From: a virus
Lineage: Duplodnaviria; Caudoviricetes
Virus record (IMG/VR): IMGVR_UViG_3300028887_000070
Coordinates: 96,001-160,000 of that record
DNA length: 64,000 nucleotides
Strand: one strand, 5' to 3'
This document shows positions 29,267 to 39,312 of this stretch, piece after piece. A program made the position numbers and the translations under genes. The notes beneath the pieces were generated by a model that saw nothing but the letters and a program-made list of their open reading frames with translations, did no database searches and was not told the origin of the DNA. Within the stretch, counting starts at the first letter, position 1, and the number at the start of each line of letters is the position of its first letter.

Positions 29267-30583
29267 TCACTTGATCTTGGTGTTCTTAATGTAGGTCTGC
29301 TGAACATCCTTCTCTGTATCGAACTCTTTGCTTCTGATGAGATATTTTGGATCTCCTCCACAAGCATGATACAGGAATGAATGTATGAAGTTCTGTACTA
29401 TTGCAGGGTTCTCGATCTTCTTACCATTCTCAAGAATCTCTTCTATAGTATCCTCAGTCTCCTTGATATCTCCCTTCAACTGTTTCTTGAGCTTAGGAGA
29501 TATACCAGGTTGATTAAGGTCTTCGTTAAGACCATCAAGAATGTTCTTGTAACGCACTTGAGTTGCTGGATGTTCATTGAACACTTCTGAGATCCACTGA
29601 AGAGGTAATGAAGATATAGTCTGGATGTGAGAGTATATCGGAATCCTCATAACGTATCCTCTCAAACCAGAGTCAGTTCTAGGATCCTCAAACTTAGACA
29701 ATCCAGTAACAAGATCTTTACCAAATCCATAGTATGAAGCAAACTTGTCTGCCATGATCTCTCCATAGTATGAATGTCTCTTCTCAAATGGAGCTGTTAT
29801 GAGTTTGATGAATTCTCTCTTCAACCTCTTCAGAGCTCTCTTACCTATATTGATAGGTGGTAAGAAGATGCATAGTATATCAAGACCAAGATTAAGAGTG
29901 TTAGAGTAGATACCATACAGAGTGTTAGCTGTAGATATGAGGCTATTCTTCTGTCCTATGTTCATCTCATTGTATGACTTAGATACAGCACCCATCATCT
30001 TGTCATTGAACAGCGGATACATCAAAGGCTCATAGTTGCCTAGAGATAAATCTATTCCAGCAAGCACAAGTCTGTTCAACTTAGCTACTTGTCCTATAGT
30101 ATGCATCCTGTCAGAGATAACGTCTTGGAAGTTATGACCTATCTCATGGAGTATGATAGCGAAAGCCTCTCTATTACTGAACTCTGTACTGAAGAACATA
30201 CCTGCAAACATACAGGTCAGCATAGATACTTGACACTCTTTCTTGAACTTATAGCCGTCCTTACCAAATTCTACTCTCTGAGTACCCTTAAGTGAGCTGT
30301 TGAAGTTGAAGAAGGTTGGGAAAGTGAAAGCATTCACCATATCTCCATTGACTATGATGAATGAGTAAGAGTAAAGACCGAACTCCCTCTCTATCTCTGC
30401 TACGAACTTACCCAACATAGGGTCACGTTCAGCAGCACTGTTCATCATATAGAGCTTTCTGTCCATAAGATACTTACTTCTCCATGTAGAGAAAGCTTCA
30501 AAGCATCTCATGATACCAGGAGTCTCTCCGAAGTATACTTCGTTAAGTACTTCGTCTCTTGGTTGTATTGAATATATACCCAC
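29267..30583 (-). CDS. M48-like zinc metallopeptidase
   Basis: NAF, AIILHEIGH (HExxH), EIMADKFA, EHPATQVR. Confidence 0.75.
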   Translation of the reverse strand: MGIYSIQPRDEVLNEVYFGETPGIMRCFEAFSTWRSKYLMDRKLYMMNSAAERDPMLGKFVAEIEREFGLYSYSFIIVNGDMVNAFTFPTFFNFNSSLKGTQRVEFGKDGYKFKKECQVSMLTCMFAGMFFSTEFSNREAFAIILHEIGHNFQDVISDRMHTIGQVAKLNRLVLAGIDLSLGNYEPLMYPLFNDKMMGAVSKSYNEMNIGQKNSLISTANTLYGIYSNTLNLGLDILCIFLPPINIGKRALKRLKREFIKLITAPFEKRHSYYGEIMADKFASYYGFGKDLVTGLSKFEDPRTDSGLRGYVMRIPIYSHIQTISSLPLQWISEVFNEHPATQVRYKNILDGLNEDLNQPGISPKLKKQLKGDIKETEDTIEEILENGKKIENPAIVQNFIHSFLYHACGGDPKYLIRSKEFDTEKDVQQTYIKNTKIK

Positions 30584-30594
30584 TAGAGTTCACC

Positions 30595-31779
30595 TCACTT
30601 GTTTGCAGAGTTTATGATCAGAGCGAAGTATGTAAGAATTGCTCTGTTGTACGAGAGTTGTGTAGCCTTACGGCTCTTACGTCTAGAGTATGCAGTAGAG
30701 TTACTCATAAGCAGCTCTTCTACTACTTCTCCTTGACGAAGAATGTCTTTGTTCTTAGTGTTTGGCTTAGCCTTGATAGAGAATGTAATGAAGTCGATGT
30801 CTCTTACATCCTTAGTACTACTACTCTGGAAGTATGTAGATACCATGAGGTAGAGAAGTTCTCTCATCAGATCGAGGTTATCAGTGTTCTTTACGATACT
30901 CTCAATGATAGAACGTATTTCATCAGTCTTAACGTTCTCATCACTACACATCTTACATAGACGGTAGTCTACATCATGGGAAGTGATGTAGGTAAGTGTT
31001 CTATTGACAGCAGTGTCTATCTTAGTAGAGTCATTCTGAGTGAGACGGAAGTTATCTTGACTCATATCGTCAGACTCATATGTGAGATAGTCCTTGTCAT
31101 TGTAGCACTTGTAGTACACTTCGGCAGTGTTCTTGATGAAGGATTTGATACGAACGTGGAGTTGTTGTATGATATAGACATAGTCTTCGTCATCAGTCAC
31201 TCCAGTGAATCTATCCTTATAGGTGTCGATCCATGTCTGAGTAGTGTTTCGCATAACACCAATAACGTTTCCTTCTGTCTTCAGAAGGAACTTGTCAGAG
31301 AGTTCATTGTTCACCACATAGTCACATACGAATCTGTAGTCTGCAGGAACAGCCTTAGGGTACTGTGCATAGTGTATAGAGGGGTAGAACTTACCTGTGA
31401 AGCAAGTATAGATCATAGCAAGCTCAAGATTCTTCTGATCTCTCTTAGAGTAGAAGTACTTGATCATGCACATACAAAGCACTGTAACAGGATCCTTAGC
31501 AGCTCTAGGATTGAAGTTGGCTATCTTTCCGTAGTAGGTTTCGTTGATGAATCCTTGTATCTCGTTAGCCTTAACTCCAAGAGCAGAACATAACATATCA
31601 GCATCTTGTTGTCCATAGAGCATACGAGTAGCAGGGAAAGTATCATATAGTCCCTTAGATCGAGTAGACATAAAGTTCGACATCAGAGACTTAAACTTAG
31701 TAAGCGATTTGGATAGTGTGTTCTTAACCAAGGGATAGATCTTAGCGTCTATAACTTTAGTGATCTGATTGTTAGCCAT
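30595..31779 (-). CDS. Hypothetical late protein
   Basis: RBS AAGGAGG; late-type promoter at 31803-31814. Confidence 0.75.
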   Translation of the reverse strand: MANNQITKVIDAKIYPLVKNTLSKSLTKFKSLMSNFMSTRSKGLYDTFPATRMLYGQQDADMLCSALGVKANEIQGFINETYYGKIANFNPRAAKDPVTVLCMCMIKYFYSKRDQKNLELAMIYTCFTGKFYPSIHYAQYPKAVPADYRFVCDYVVNNELSDKFLLKTEGNVIGVMRNTTQTWIDTYKDRFTGVTDDEDYVYIIQQLHVRIKSFIKNTAEVYYKCYNDKDYLTYESDDMSQDNFRLTQNDSTKIDTAVNRTLTYITSHDVDYRLCKMCSDENVKTDEIRSIIESIVKNTDNLDLMRELLYLMVSTYFQSSSTKDVRDIDFITFSIKAKPNTKNKDILRQGEVVEELLMSNSTAYSRRKSRKATQLSYNRAILTYFALIINSANK

Positions 31780-31910
31780 TGTTGCACCTCCTTATGTATG
31801 ATTATAGTGATGTTTCCGACAAAAAAGAACCCACGATGCGTAAAATGGGTTGGGCTTATGCCCTACAACCACTTACACTACAAGAATATATAGTCGAATC
31901 TTCTTACTTT

Positions 31911-31922
31911 AACAATCCTATA
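31911..31922 (+). promoter_or_regulatory. Late-type promoter (virion RNAP beta C-fragment)
   Basis: AACA ATCCTA TA. Confidence 0.7.
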
Positions 31923-31952
31923 ATACACTAGATCGAAGGAGGATCATAGACT

Positions 31953-32672
31953 ATGAACGCTAATCGTAAGAAAGCCGAGATGCTTATCTACAAAGCCTTT
32001 GACGCTGCAGATCCATCTCATGCTAATTCAGATTTCTATAAACAGCTATTCGCTAACATGAGTGATGAACAGTTCCTTAACTTCTGTAAGAGACGTCTTC
32101 CCTTCAGATGGCAGACTTCAGCCTTCGAAAGGGAACTTACACCAGAGAAGTGTCTCAATGCTCTCAAAGCTATCAACGTACCACTGATGGAGAAGGTAAA
32201 GAACCCTCAACTCTACGAGAACAAAGATGGTGTTCCTGTAGGAGGAGAGTATGAAGCTTTCATATGCTATCTTAACATTCCTAAGCTCAAACAGTTTGCT
32301 ACTAAGAAGAGTGGCTATAACACAAACATCGACACTCGTAACCCTAAGACTGGTCAGATCGTTGGTAACAGTAAGGGTATCGAGAGTGATAGAGAGCTGG
32401 AGAGTCTTGTACTTCAGGGACTCGATAGTACAATCAAAGAGGTTACTAGAGCTAAGGCTGATGATATGGAAGCTAAGAACAAGATGTACACAATGATCAA
32501 TACTACTGGTCAGGTATCATTAAAGGACTTAGAGAGTCCTAAGACTGCTCAGGTAGCTAGAACTACAACAGACGTCTTCTTGATAGGAAGCTTCATCATG
32601 ACAAACCTGTTGGAAGAGGACTACATGACTCCATACACTCTGTCGATGAAAAAGAAAAGAATCGAGAAGTAA
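31953..32672 (+). CDS. Virion RNA polymerase beta subunit, C-terminal fragment
   Basis: YLNIPKLKQFATKK...RNPKTGQ...SKG..SDRELESL resembles the RpoB KL.H...K..R...T.QP..G...GEME region and supplies the part missing from 57215-62530. Confidence 0.7.
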   Translation: MNANRKKAEMLIYKAFDAADPSHANSDFYKQLFANMSDEQFLNFCKRRLPFRWQTSAFERELTPEKCLNALKAINVPLMEKVKNPQLYENKDGVPVGGEYEAFICYLNIPKLKQFATKKSGYNTNIDTRNPKTGQIVGNSKGIESDRELESLVLQGLDSTIKEVTRAKADDMEAKNKMYTMINTTGQVSLKDLESPKTAQVARTTTDVFLIGSFIMTNLLEEDYMTPYTLSMKKKRIEK

Positions 32673-32710
32673 GAGAATGCCCCACCCCGCGAAGGGGTGG
32701 GGTTGTTTGC

Positions 32711-33202
32711 TTAGAAAACTGAAATCCTTGGATCGTCTCCATGTAGAACTGTAAGTTCTCCGAGTCTTACAGACTGAGTGAAAGCTGCAAAGTCTGCAAG
32801 TTCTGCTATGTCTGCTTCGAGTATCATCCGAGCATATTTCTCTGCATTTATCGGACTGTCTTGAATACAAGACATAACAAAGAGAGGAAATACATCACTT
32901 ATGATCTCGTTCTTAGTGAACGGATATCCATGATCGATCCAATGGTGTATATAATCTATGTTTGACGGATTGCGTGGATCATGGAGTACTTTGACTAGTG
33001 TGTTTATGATTACACTGTCTCCGTACACATATTCGTGAGCGAGACCCATTATAATCTCATCTCTTTTTGCGTTGAAGAGTTCGCTTAAACCTCTAAAATT
33101 AGCTCTAACTTTTGTAGTAGCCATAAGTACCTGCCTTTCATAGTTCCCACTTACTCCAATCCCGCCTTTCCTCTCGGGATCATAGTCATTGAGCAGTGGC
33201 AA
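32711..33202 (-). CDS. Hypothetical protein (start uncertain)
   Basis: 163-codon ORF continuing the minus-strand operon; weak RBS. Confidence 0.5.
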   Translation of the reverse strand: MPLLNDYDPERKGGIGVSGNYERQVLMATTKVRANFRGLSELFNAKRDEIIMGLAHEYVYGDSVIINTLVKVLHDPRNPSNIDYIHHWIDHGYPFTKNEIISDVFPLFVMSCIQDSPINAEKYARMILEADIAELADFAAFTQSVRLGELTVLHGDDPRISVF

Positions 33203-33276
33203 GCCAAGAACGTCAGCACTTTACTGATCTATTACCTTGACTCACTATGATTATATACATTCGAAGTCACCCACTT

Positions 33277-33687
33277 TTACGAACTCTTAGTACCGCCATT
33301 CTGATTGTCAAGCACCTTAATGGCTTTGTAGAGGTCATCGTATACATTCTTAATCATGCTTGTAAGATCCTTGCATGCATTGTAGTCGTTCTGATTATAC
33401 TCCATATTGAAGTCTTCTGGAAGTCTGAGTCTCTTAATACCATCTATCTGCATGTCAAGCAGAGGTGCAAGTGCATCTTCATAAGTGATTGATGCGTCTG
33501 CATCTAAGCTACCTATAGTGCCAAGGTAGTGGCTTGCTATAGTATAGTAGATTTTGTCCTTAGCACACTGATTCTTCCAGTGCTTATCGAGTGTAGTTCC
33601 GTCATACTCGAAGTTATCGAACATGCTGTCTGCAGCATCGTAACGGATACGTGCAAATGTCTTAACAAGTTTTCTTACCTTAATCAT
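33277..33687 (-). CDS. Hypothetical protein
   Basis: RBS GGAGG; overlaps the upstream gene. Confidence 0.7.
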   Translation of the reverse strand: MIKVRKLVKTFARIRYDAADSMFDNFEYDGTTLDKHWKNQCAKDKIYYTIASHYLGTIGSLDADASITYEDALAPLLDMQIDGIKRLRLPEDFNMEYNQNDYNACKDLTSMIKNVYDDLYKAIKVLDNQNGGTKSS

Positions 33688-34318
33688 TTCCCTTTACCTC
33701 CATCCCCAAATACTTCTTCCTCAGCTCAACCCATTCATTCATGAGTGTTACTGTCTGTTCATGGATTGGAGAAGAGGTATGACGAATATGACTTATGATT
33801 CCGCTCTTGCCAAGTGATTCAATAAGCTCAATGTCGTCGACTAATCTAAGAAGATCACCTGCAAGGTCTGTATCTCCCTTATATACATCAGGGAACTTTC
33901 TTTCGTCTACAATTCTCTTAAGACTTCCAGCTACTTCACAGAAGTAGATATAAGAAGTACCATAACGCTTATTATGAAGCTCTATCATAGCCTTCTTCTC
34001 TTCTGCTACTTCTGAAGTGGTAGTCGTATCATCTTCCATATTAAGAGCATTAAGAAACTTGTAGTATGATTCTACAATCTGCTTAGCCTGTTCATTGCCA
34101 GAACGGGAGTATGATATCATATTCTCCTTACCACACTGATCGAACAGTGATACAATGCTGGCAAGTTCATTAACCTGCATCAAGTCTTTGGGAATGTCAT
34201 CAGCCTGTCTCTGGTTAATCATTATCCTTATATGATCCATTTCGGTATCATATGAGGTTGCTTTTGTACCATACTTCGCTTCCAGATACTTAAGTATCTG
34301 ATCTTTAATTTTGTTCAT
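33680..34318 (-). CDS. Hypothetical protein
   Basis: AAAGGAG before ATG 34318. Confidence 0.7.
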   Translation of the reverse strand: MNKIKDQILKYLEAKYGTKATSYDTEMDHIRIMINQRQADDIPKDLMQVNELASIVSLFDQCGKENMISYSRSGNEQAKQIVESYYKFLNALNMEDDTTTTSEVAEEKKAMIELHNKRYGTSYIYFCEVAGSLKRIVDERKFPDVYKGDTDLAGDLLRLVDDIELIESLGKSGIISHIRHTSSPIHEQTVTLMNEWVELRKKYLGMEVKGND

Positions 34319-34375
34319 AAGAACTCTCCTTTCTAAAAAGAAACCGTGGTTGTTAGCCACGGTTTCATGATTGTG

Positions 34376-35386
34376 TTATTCACTTATTTCGATATTGCCG
34401 ACATCGATAGCTTCGATACAGATATCAACGTTTCCATTGAATGACTCTGCTATTGTCCTGATTACAGAATTGCCGACATTGCTAGCATTGATCATTACAT
34501 ATGGACGGTTAGTGTGTATAGGTTCTGAATCGAAAGGTTTGAAAGAATCGTTGAAAGCCTTAACCTTTTCCATCATAGCGGTCTTTGCCTTTTCATACTT
34601 CTTACCCTGGTTATCAGAATCAACCTTGTCATCGTTCACATTAGGAAGATTTACTACTCCCTTCTGGTAGAGATACTTCTGAAGCGGAGCAAGATCAACT
34701 CCTTCTTCCACTCCATTTACAGCCACCTCGTGCAGCGTGCTGTAAACAGCATCATCAACGAGCTTATACATAGGCTCATCAAGTTCGTTTACTGAAGCAT
34801 CGAATGGACTGTTAATGTATATGTAATTAATTACAGTCCTTAAAGCCTCGATGAGTTTTCCAAATGACTGAGCAGATTCAAACTTACCAGAGTCTGCTGC
34901 TACAGTGACCGTATCATTAGATCCTGTGTAGTTACAGAATAAGGAATCGTTTTTGAAATCTCCGCTTCTAAAGATCTCACATAATGCTTCTCCGATCTCT
35001 TTTACATTCTCTCCCCAGTTCTTAGGCCATGTGAACTGAAGATTGAGTGTGTTTACTTCAGACGCTTTAGTGCCATTAGAACTGATTGTGCCTGCTTTCA
35101 CTATTGCAGCGAAAGCCTTTTCAACTTTGTCCTTTTTAGTGCCAAGTATCGTTGTTAAGGACATCAGTTCTCCTCCTGTAGGGAGGCGTTCTTCGTTAAG
35201 AACCCTTGCCAGCATGTTCTTGAACCTTGAAGAAGATTTTGAAATCTTGGTCTTTATTTCTGAGATAGTGGTTCCTGTTGCTTTAGAGAGTGCTTCCATA
35301 AAGAGATGCGGAGTACTCTCAACTTTGTTACCATCTTTGTCTTTTGCAGTAAAGGTTATGGTTTCTCTCATGTATTCTTTGTTCAT
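34376..35386 (-). CDS. Hypothetical protein with N-terminal XRE-like HTH
   Basis: LSKATG...LARVLNEERLPTGGELMSLTTILG. Confidence 0.55.
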   Translation of the reverse strand: MNKEYMRETITFTAKDKDGNKVESTPHLFMEALSKATGTTISEIKTKISKSSSRFKNMLARVLNEERLPTGGELMSLTTILGTKKDKVEKAFAAIVKAGTISSNGTKASEVNTLNLQFTWPKNWGENVKEIGEALCEIFRSGDFKNDSLFCNYTGSNDTVTVAADSGKFESAQSFGKLIEALRTVINYIYINSPFDASVNELDEPMYKLVDDAVYSTLHEVAVNGVEEGVDLAPLQKYLYQKGVVNLPNVNDDKVDSDNQGKKYEKAKTAMMEKVKAFNDSFKPFDSEPIHTNRPYVMINASNVGNSVIRTIAESFNGNVDICIEAIDVGNIEISE

Positions 35387-35404
35387 GGTTTATACATCCT
35401 TTCG

Positions 35405-36178
35405 TTATTCAGACTCTACATTGGAGTCATTCTTCTTAGTCTTGACGCATTCGATTGAGCCGTCTTCTTTAACAGACAAACTACATTTGGTAAAAGTAAC
35501 ACCTATGTTGTAGTCCTTACCGTCTGATGAAAGTTTGAAACCCGTATCTACAATATTCAGTATCATTGACGTGATAGCAAAGTCTATCACATCTGGTGAT
35601 TCCAATACAGCTACTACGTTGTTTCTGAGTGACTCGTAAGCCTTAGCTCCTGTTTCATCATACATAAAACAGCTCCACGTACCGTTGGTGCTGTTATCAA
35701 TATGACTTATACAAAGAGGTGTAATGCACTTCCATATAGGAAGATCTCTCTTTGCATTCTTTGGTACTTTTGCCGTATAGAACTCAAAACGTACCATATC
35801 AGTAACAAGAATGTCACCAAATAGGTCTCCATCCTTGAACTGTTTGATTCTTTCTGCTCTGTTTGGTAGAGGGCAGAATGAGATTCTTATCCTATACTTA
35901 CCTTTATAAAGTAGATCACCATTACTCATTGTAGTTACTGGTTCGTACTGATATGGGTTCCAGATAAGATTCTTAATCGCTTCTGCTCTTGTCCAGTTTA
36001 TAACTTTCAGTATAGCCTGAGTATCCTTCGGTATCACACTTGGTTCCAAAGAATCTGTCAGCTTGTTCTTTTGATTCTGAATCTCTTCAGTGAGTTCCCA
36101 AATTTCCTTAGAGAACTCTTGTTTGATGAGATCATCTTCATCGTAAAAGATAAGGTCGTCCATAAGATTCATGAGCAT
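35405..36178 (-). CDS. Hypothetical early protein
   Basis: RBS AAAGGAGGAG; early-type promoter at 36259-36268. Confidence 0.75.
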   Translation of the reverse strand: MLMNLMDDLIFYDEDDLIKQEFSKEIWELTEEIQNQKNKLTDSLEPSVIPKDTQAILKVINWTRAEAIKNLIWNPYQYEPVTTMSNGDLLYKGKYRIRISFCPLPNRAERIKQFKDGDLFGDILVTDMVRFEFYTAKVPKNAKRDLPIWKCITPLCISHIDNSTNGTWSCFMYDETGAKAYESLRNNVVAVLESPDVIDFAITSMILNIVDTGFKLSSDGKDYNIGVTFTKCSLSVKEDGSIECVKTKKNDSNVESE

Positions 36179-36340
36179 ATGTATACTCCTCCTTTCATAT
36201 AAGATCTATACACATCAGCCAAAGGAGTGGTGCAAGTGGCCGTTGTATATACACCTTAATAGTATGTAACTCAGCTATGTTTTATCAGAGCAATCTGCAA
36301 ACCATACAGTAATCACTATTGTACCGAAGGAGGTGCTATT

Positions 36341-36478
36341 ATGGACGATAAGAACTACGGAGTACTCAATGAGCAGGGCTATGTAGGAGCTAAGCTCGGC
36401 TTCACTCCACTCAATGAACAGGACTCTAAAGCTGCTGAAGCAGAGAAGAAAGAGTCTGAGAACAAGGACAAGGAATAA
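36341..36478 (+). CDS. 45-aa peptide upstream of tubulin
   Basis: AAGGAGG + ATG; MDDKNYGVLNEQGYVGAKLGFTPLNEQDSKAAEAEKKESENKDKE; late-type promoter at 36300-36311. Confidence 0.7.
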   Translation: MDDKNYGVLNEQGYVGAKLGFTPLNEQDSKAAEAEKKESENKDKE

Positions 36479-36501
36479 TATCCCAAAGGAGGATCGATCC
36501 C

Positions 36502-37845
36502 ATGCTTAGATCATTCACATTCGGTTGTGGTCAGGGCGCTACTAAGGCAATGATCACTGCCATCGACAATGACGTACTCGATAAGAGCAGATGTGTCGTA
36601 GTTAACTCTACGATCAAAGATGTCCCTTCCGAGTACAGACCCACTGCTATCATCATCTCAGACGATCCTGACGCAGGTTGTGGTAAGGTAAGAGACGCAG
36701 CGCGTGCGTTGATGAACGACTTTATCAAGGTTAATCCAAACTATCTCGAGGAACTCATCCCCGAAGATACAGACTATGTAAACATCATCACCACTTCAGA
36801 GGGTGCTTCTGGTAGTGGTTCTTCTGTAGTACTTGCTCAGTATATCAGTAATTCTATGCAGCTTCCTGTTATCATCACACTGATTACAGGCTTTGAATCT
36901 GATGTAAGAGGTCTCCAGAACACCATCAACTACTTCAGAGACCTTAAGGGTGCTAACTGCGGAATCATCACTGTATCAAACAGACGTTTCCTCAATGAAG
37001 CTAATGGCAATATCTTCGTTGCCGAGAAGCTTGCTAACGAGGACATCTCCAAGACACTTTCTATCATCGGAGCTCAGGGTCTTATAGACTGCGAGCAGAA
37101 CATCGATGATACTGATCACTACAAGATTATCACCAATCCTGGTATAATCTTCGCTGGAGAAGTAGAAGTATCAGACCGTATCAAGAATGCTGACCAGTTC
37201 AACAAGCTTGTAGGTGACATGATCGACAATACTACTTCACTCGACTTCGAGCCTTCTGCTACTAAGGTAGGTATCTACATGAACATACCTGAGGGTACTA
37301 TAGAGGTTCTCGATACTGAGTTCAGTGTAATCAAGAAAAAGCTCTGCTGGAACGGATTCCAGGAGTTCTTCATCCACAGACAGTACAATCCTAAACAGAA
37401 GAGCTTCATCAGAGTCATTGCTTCAGGTATCAACATGCCTAAGGCTGAGCTGATGAATATGTACGACAAGTTCGAGAAGTCTACCAATCAGATGAACGCT
37501 GCAGAGGATGACTTCTTCGATACTCTTGGTAAGCTTGAGACTAATGCTCAGCTCGAGAAGAAGGTAGAGAGAGATGACTCATTTCTTGACGCCTTCGCAA
37601 CAGCTTCTAGCGATGAAGCTAGCGCAGTCTTATCTCGAAACAAGAGGAAGTCGGGTGTCAGACTCGGAACGTCAAAGCACTCAGCACCTGAGAAGGTTCA
37701 GGACACAACTAACAAGGTGGCTGATGAAGAGGTAAAGAAGGGTTCTAATCCTCTTACTTCTGACGGAAAGACACGTTCAAACCCTAAGCACTCTATGGGT
37801 ACTAGCAAGCACCTTACAGAGTTCTCGGAAGAGGGAATCAAGTAA
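36502..37845 (+). CDS. Tubulin/FtsZ-family GTPase (PhuZ/TubZ-like)
   Basis: FGCGQGA, GCGK, EGASGSG (GGGTGSG variant), NIDDTD T7-like loop, long C-tail. Confidence 0.85.
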   Translation: MLRSFTFGCGQGATKAMITAIDNDVLDKSRCVVVNSTIKDVPSEYRPTAIIISDDPDAGCGKVRDAARALMNDFIKVNPNYLEELIPEDTDYVNIITTSEGASGSGSSVVLAQYISNSMQLPVIITLITGFESDVRGLQNTINYFRDLKGANCGIITVSNRRFLNEANGNIFVAEKLANEDISKTLSIIGAQGLIDCEQNIDDTDHYKIITNPGIIFAGEVEVSDRIKNADQFNKLVGDMIDNTTSLDFEPSATKVGIYMNIPEGTIEVLDTEFSVIKKKLCWNGFQEFFIHRQYNPKQKSFIRVIASGINMPKAELMNMYDKFEKSTNQMNAAEDDFFDTLGKLETNAQLEKKVERDDSFLDAFATASSDEASAVLSRNKRKSGVRLGTSKHSAPEKVQDTTNKVADEEVKKGSNPLTSDGKTRSNPKHSMGTSKHLTEFSEEGIK

Positions 37846-37973
37846 AAAGATGATGAGGGTGGTTAGCTCCACCCTCTAATTCTACCCGTTGTAAGACTTT
37901 ATAGTTCTCGAAACTATTCAATACAGGAGTACTTAAGAGTGCTCATAATCGATCCAATCAAGGAGGAATAGTT

Positions 37974-39233
37974 ATGTTACTAACAGAAATGTTCAGGAAC
38001 GCCGTTAAGGATTCCAAGGACTATGGCATGAAAACCGAGGCAGTGTTTGACGTTCAGTATAGCACTGGCTTCCCAAACGTTGACTATCTCAATGGTCAGA
38101 TCATCAGAGTGACTGACACTAACAGAGGTATAGAGTTTGAGTACGATAGCGTAGGCATCGTAGATGGCTCAATCAATATGGTAATCGGTCGTTCAGGATG
38201 TGGTAAGTCCACATTCATCAAGCAAGCCGCAGGCAATATAATAAGAGGCTTCGACAAGGGCGCTATCTTTGAGGATAGTATCGAGGGCGGTATCACTCGT
38301 CGTCGTGACGAGATACTTACAGGTATGACTCCAGAGGAGCTTAATACTAAGATGATCGTTCGTAATGCAGGTATCAGCACTGAGACTTTCTATAAGTCTA
38401 TCAAGATCATCTACGATAAGAAGACAGAGAATGCAGATGAATTTACCTATGATACTGGCAAGTTTGACAGTAGAGGTAACCGTATCTTCAAGATGCAGCC
38501 AACAGTATACATTCTGGACTCACTGGCTATGCTGATGCCTGAGAAGATGACTCAGGAAGAAGAGCTTAGTGGTCAGATGTCTACTACAGCAGCTGCTAAG
38601 ATGATAGCTACTACAATGAGAAGAATAGTTCCTCTCTGTAAGGCAGCTAACATCATCGTCTTCATCGTTAACCATATCACCCAGAAGATAGAGATCAATG
38701 CGTTCAGCCATTCTAAGGGTCAGAACATCTACCTCAAGCAGGATGAGACCTGCCCTGGTGGTGTAACACCTTTCTACATCGCAAACAATATCTTCAGACT
38801 TGATGACAACACCAAGCTTACTGAAGATAAGGGTCTTGGTATCTCTGGTAACCACGTCCTAATCACTATGGTTAAGTCTCGTACTAACCGTGCAGGCGCA
38901 AGTACAGATATGATCTTCAATCAGGACATTGGCTTCGATGTAATCCTCACACTCTACAACATGCTCAACGACAATGGTTTCATCAAGGGTGCAGGTGCAT
39001 ACCTCTACATTGATGGATATCAGGACGTTAAGTTCGCTCAGAAGAACTTCAAGAAGAAGCTCTTTGAGAGTGAAGAGTTCAAGAATGTCTTCCTCGACAC
39101 TTGTACTAAGGTTCTCCACAATATGCTCCATAGAATGGATTGTGCTACTGATGAAGAGTTCATCAAGGCTACTGGTATTACTCAGGAGCTCTACATGAGA
39201 CTCAACAGTAGAGAAGAAGATATCGTAGCATAA
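37974..39233 (+). CDS. recA: RecA/UvsX-like recombinase
   Basis: STG..VD, GRSGCGKST, ILDSLA, IVNH, PGG, VKSR. Confidence 0.85.
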   Translation: MLLTEMFRNAVKDSKDYGMKTEAVFDVQYSTGFPNVDYLNGQIIRVTDTNRGIEFEYDSVGIVDGSINMVIGRSGCGKSTFIKQAAGNIIRGFDKGAIFEDSIEGGITRRRDEILTGMTPEELNTKMIVRNAGISTETFYKSIKIIYDKKTENADEFTYDTGKFDSRGNRIFKMQPTVYILDSLAMLMPEKMTQEEELSGQMSTTAAAKMIATTMRRIVPLCKAANIIVFIVNHITQKIEINAFSHSKGQNIYLKQDETCPGGVTPFYIANNIFRLDDNTKLTEDKGLGISGNHVLITMVKSRTNRAGASTDMIFNQDIGFDVILTLYNMLNDNGFIKGAGAYLYIDGYQDVKFAQKNFKKKLFESEEFKNVFLDTCTKVLHNMLHRMDCATDEEFIKATGITQELYMRLNSREEDIVA

Positions 39234-39246
39234 ACTAGAGAGTTGT

Positions 39247-39256
39247 TATATACTAT
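39247..39256 (+). promoter_or_regulatory. Early-type promoter (non-virion RNAP)
   Basis: TATATACTAT followed by a 5' hairpin. Confidence 0.7.
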
Positions 39257-39312
39257 GGATTGGAGAGAGCCCACACTCTCTCTAATCTGTATCTTCAAAG
39301 GAGGATCACACC

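Noticed and set aside
30595-31779. Chimallin (nuclear shell) candidate among the hypothetical genes
   Set aside because: No recognisable similarity; cannot be supported without a structural search
32711-33202. HD-domain hydrolase
   Set aside because: HEYVYGD only loosely resembles the motif; no HD pair
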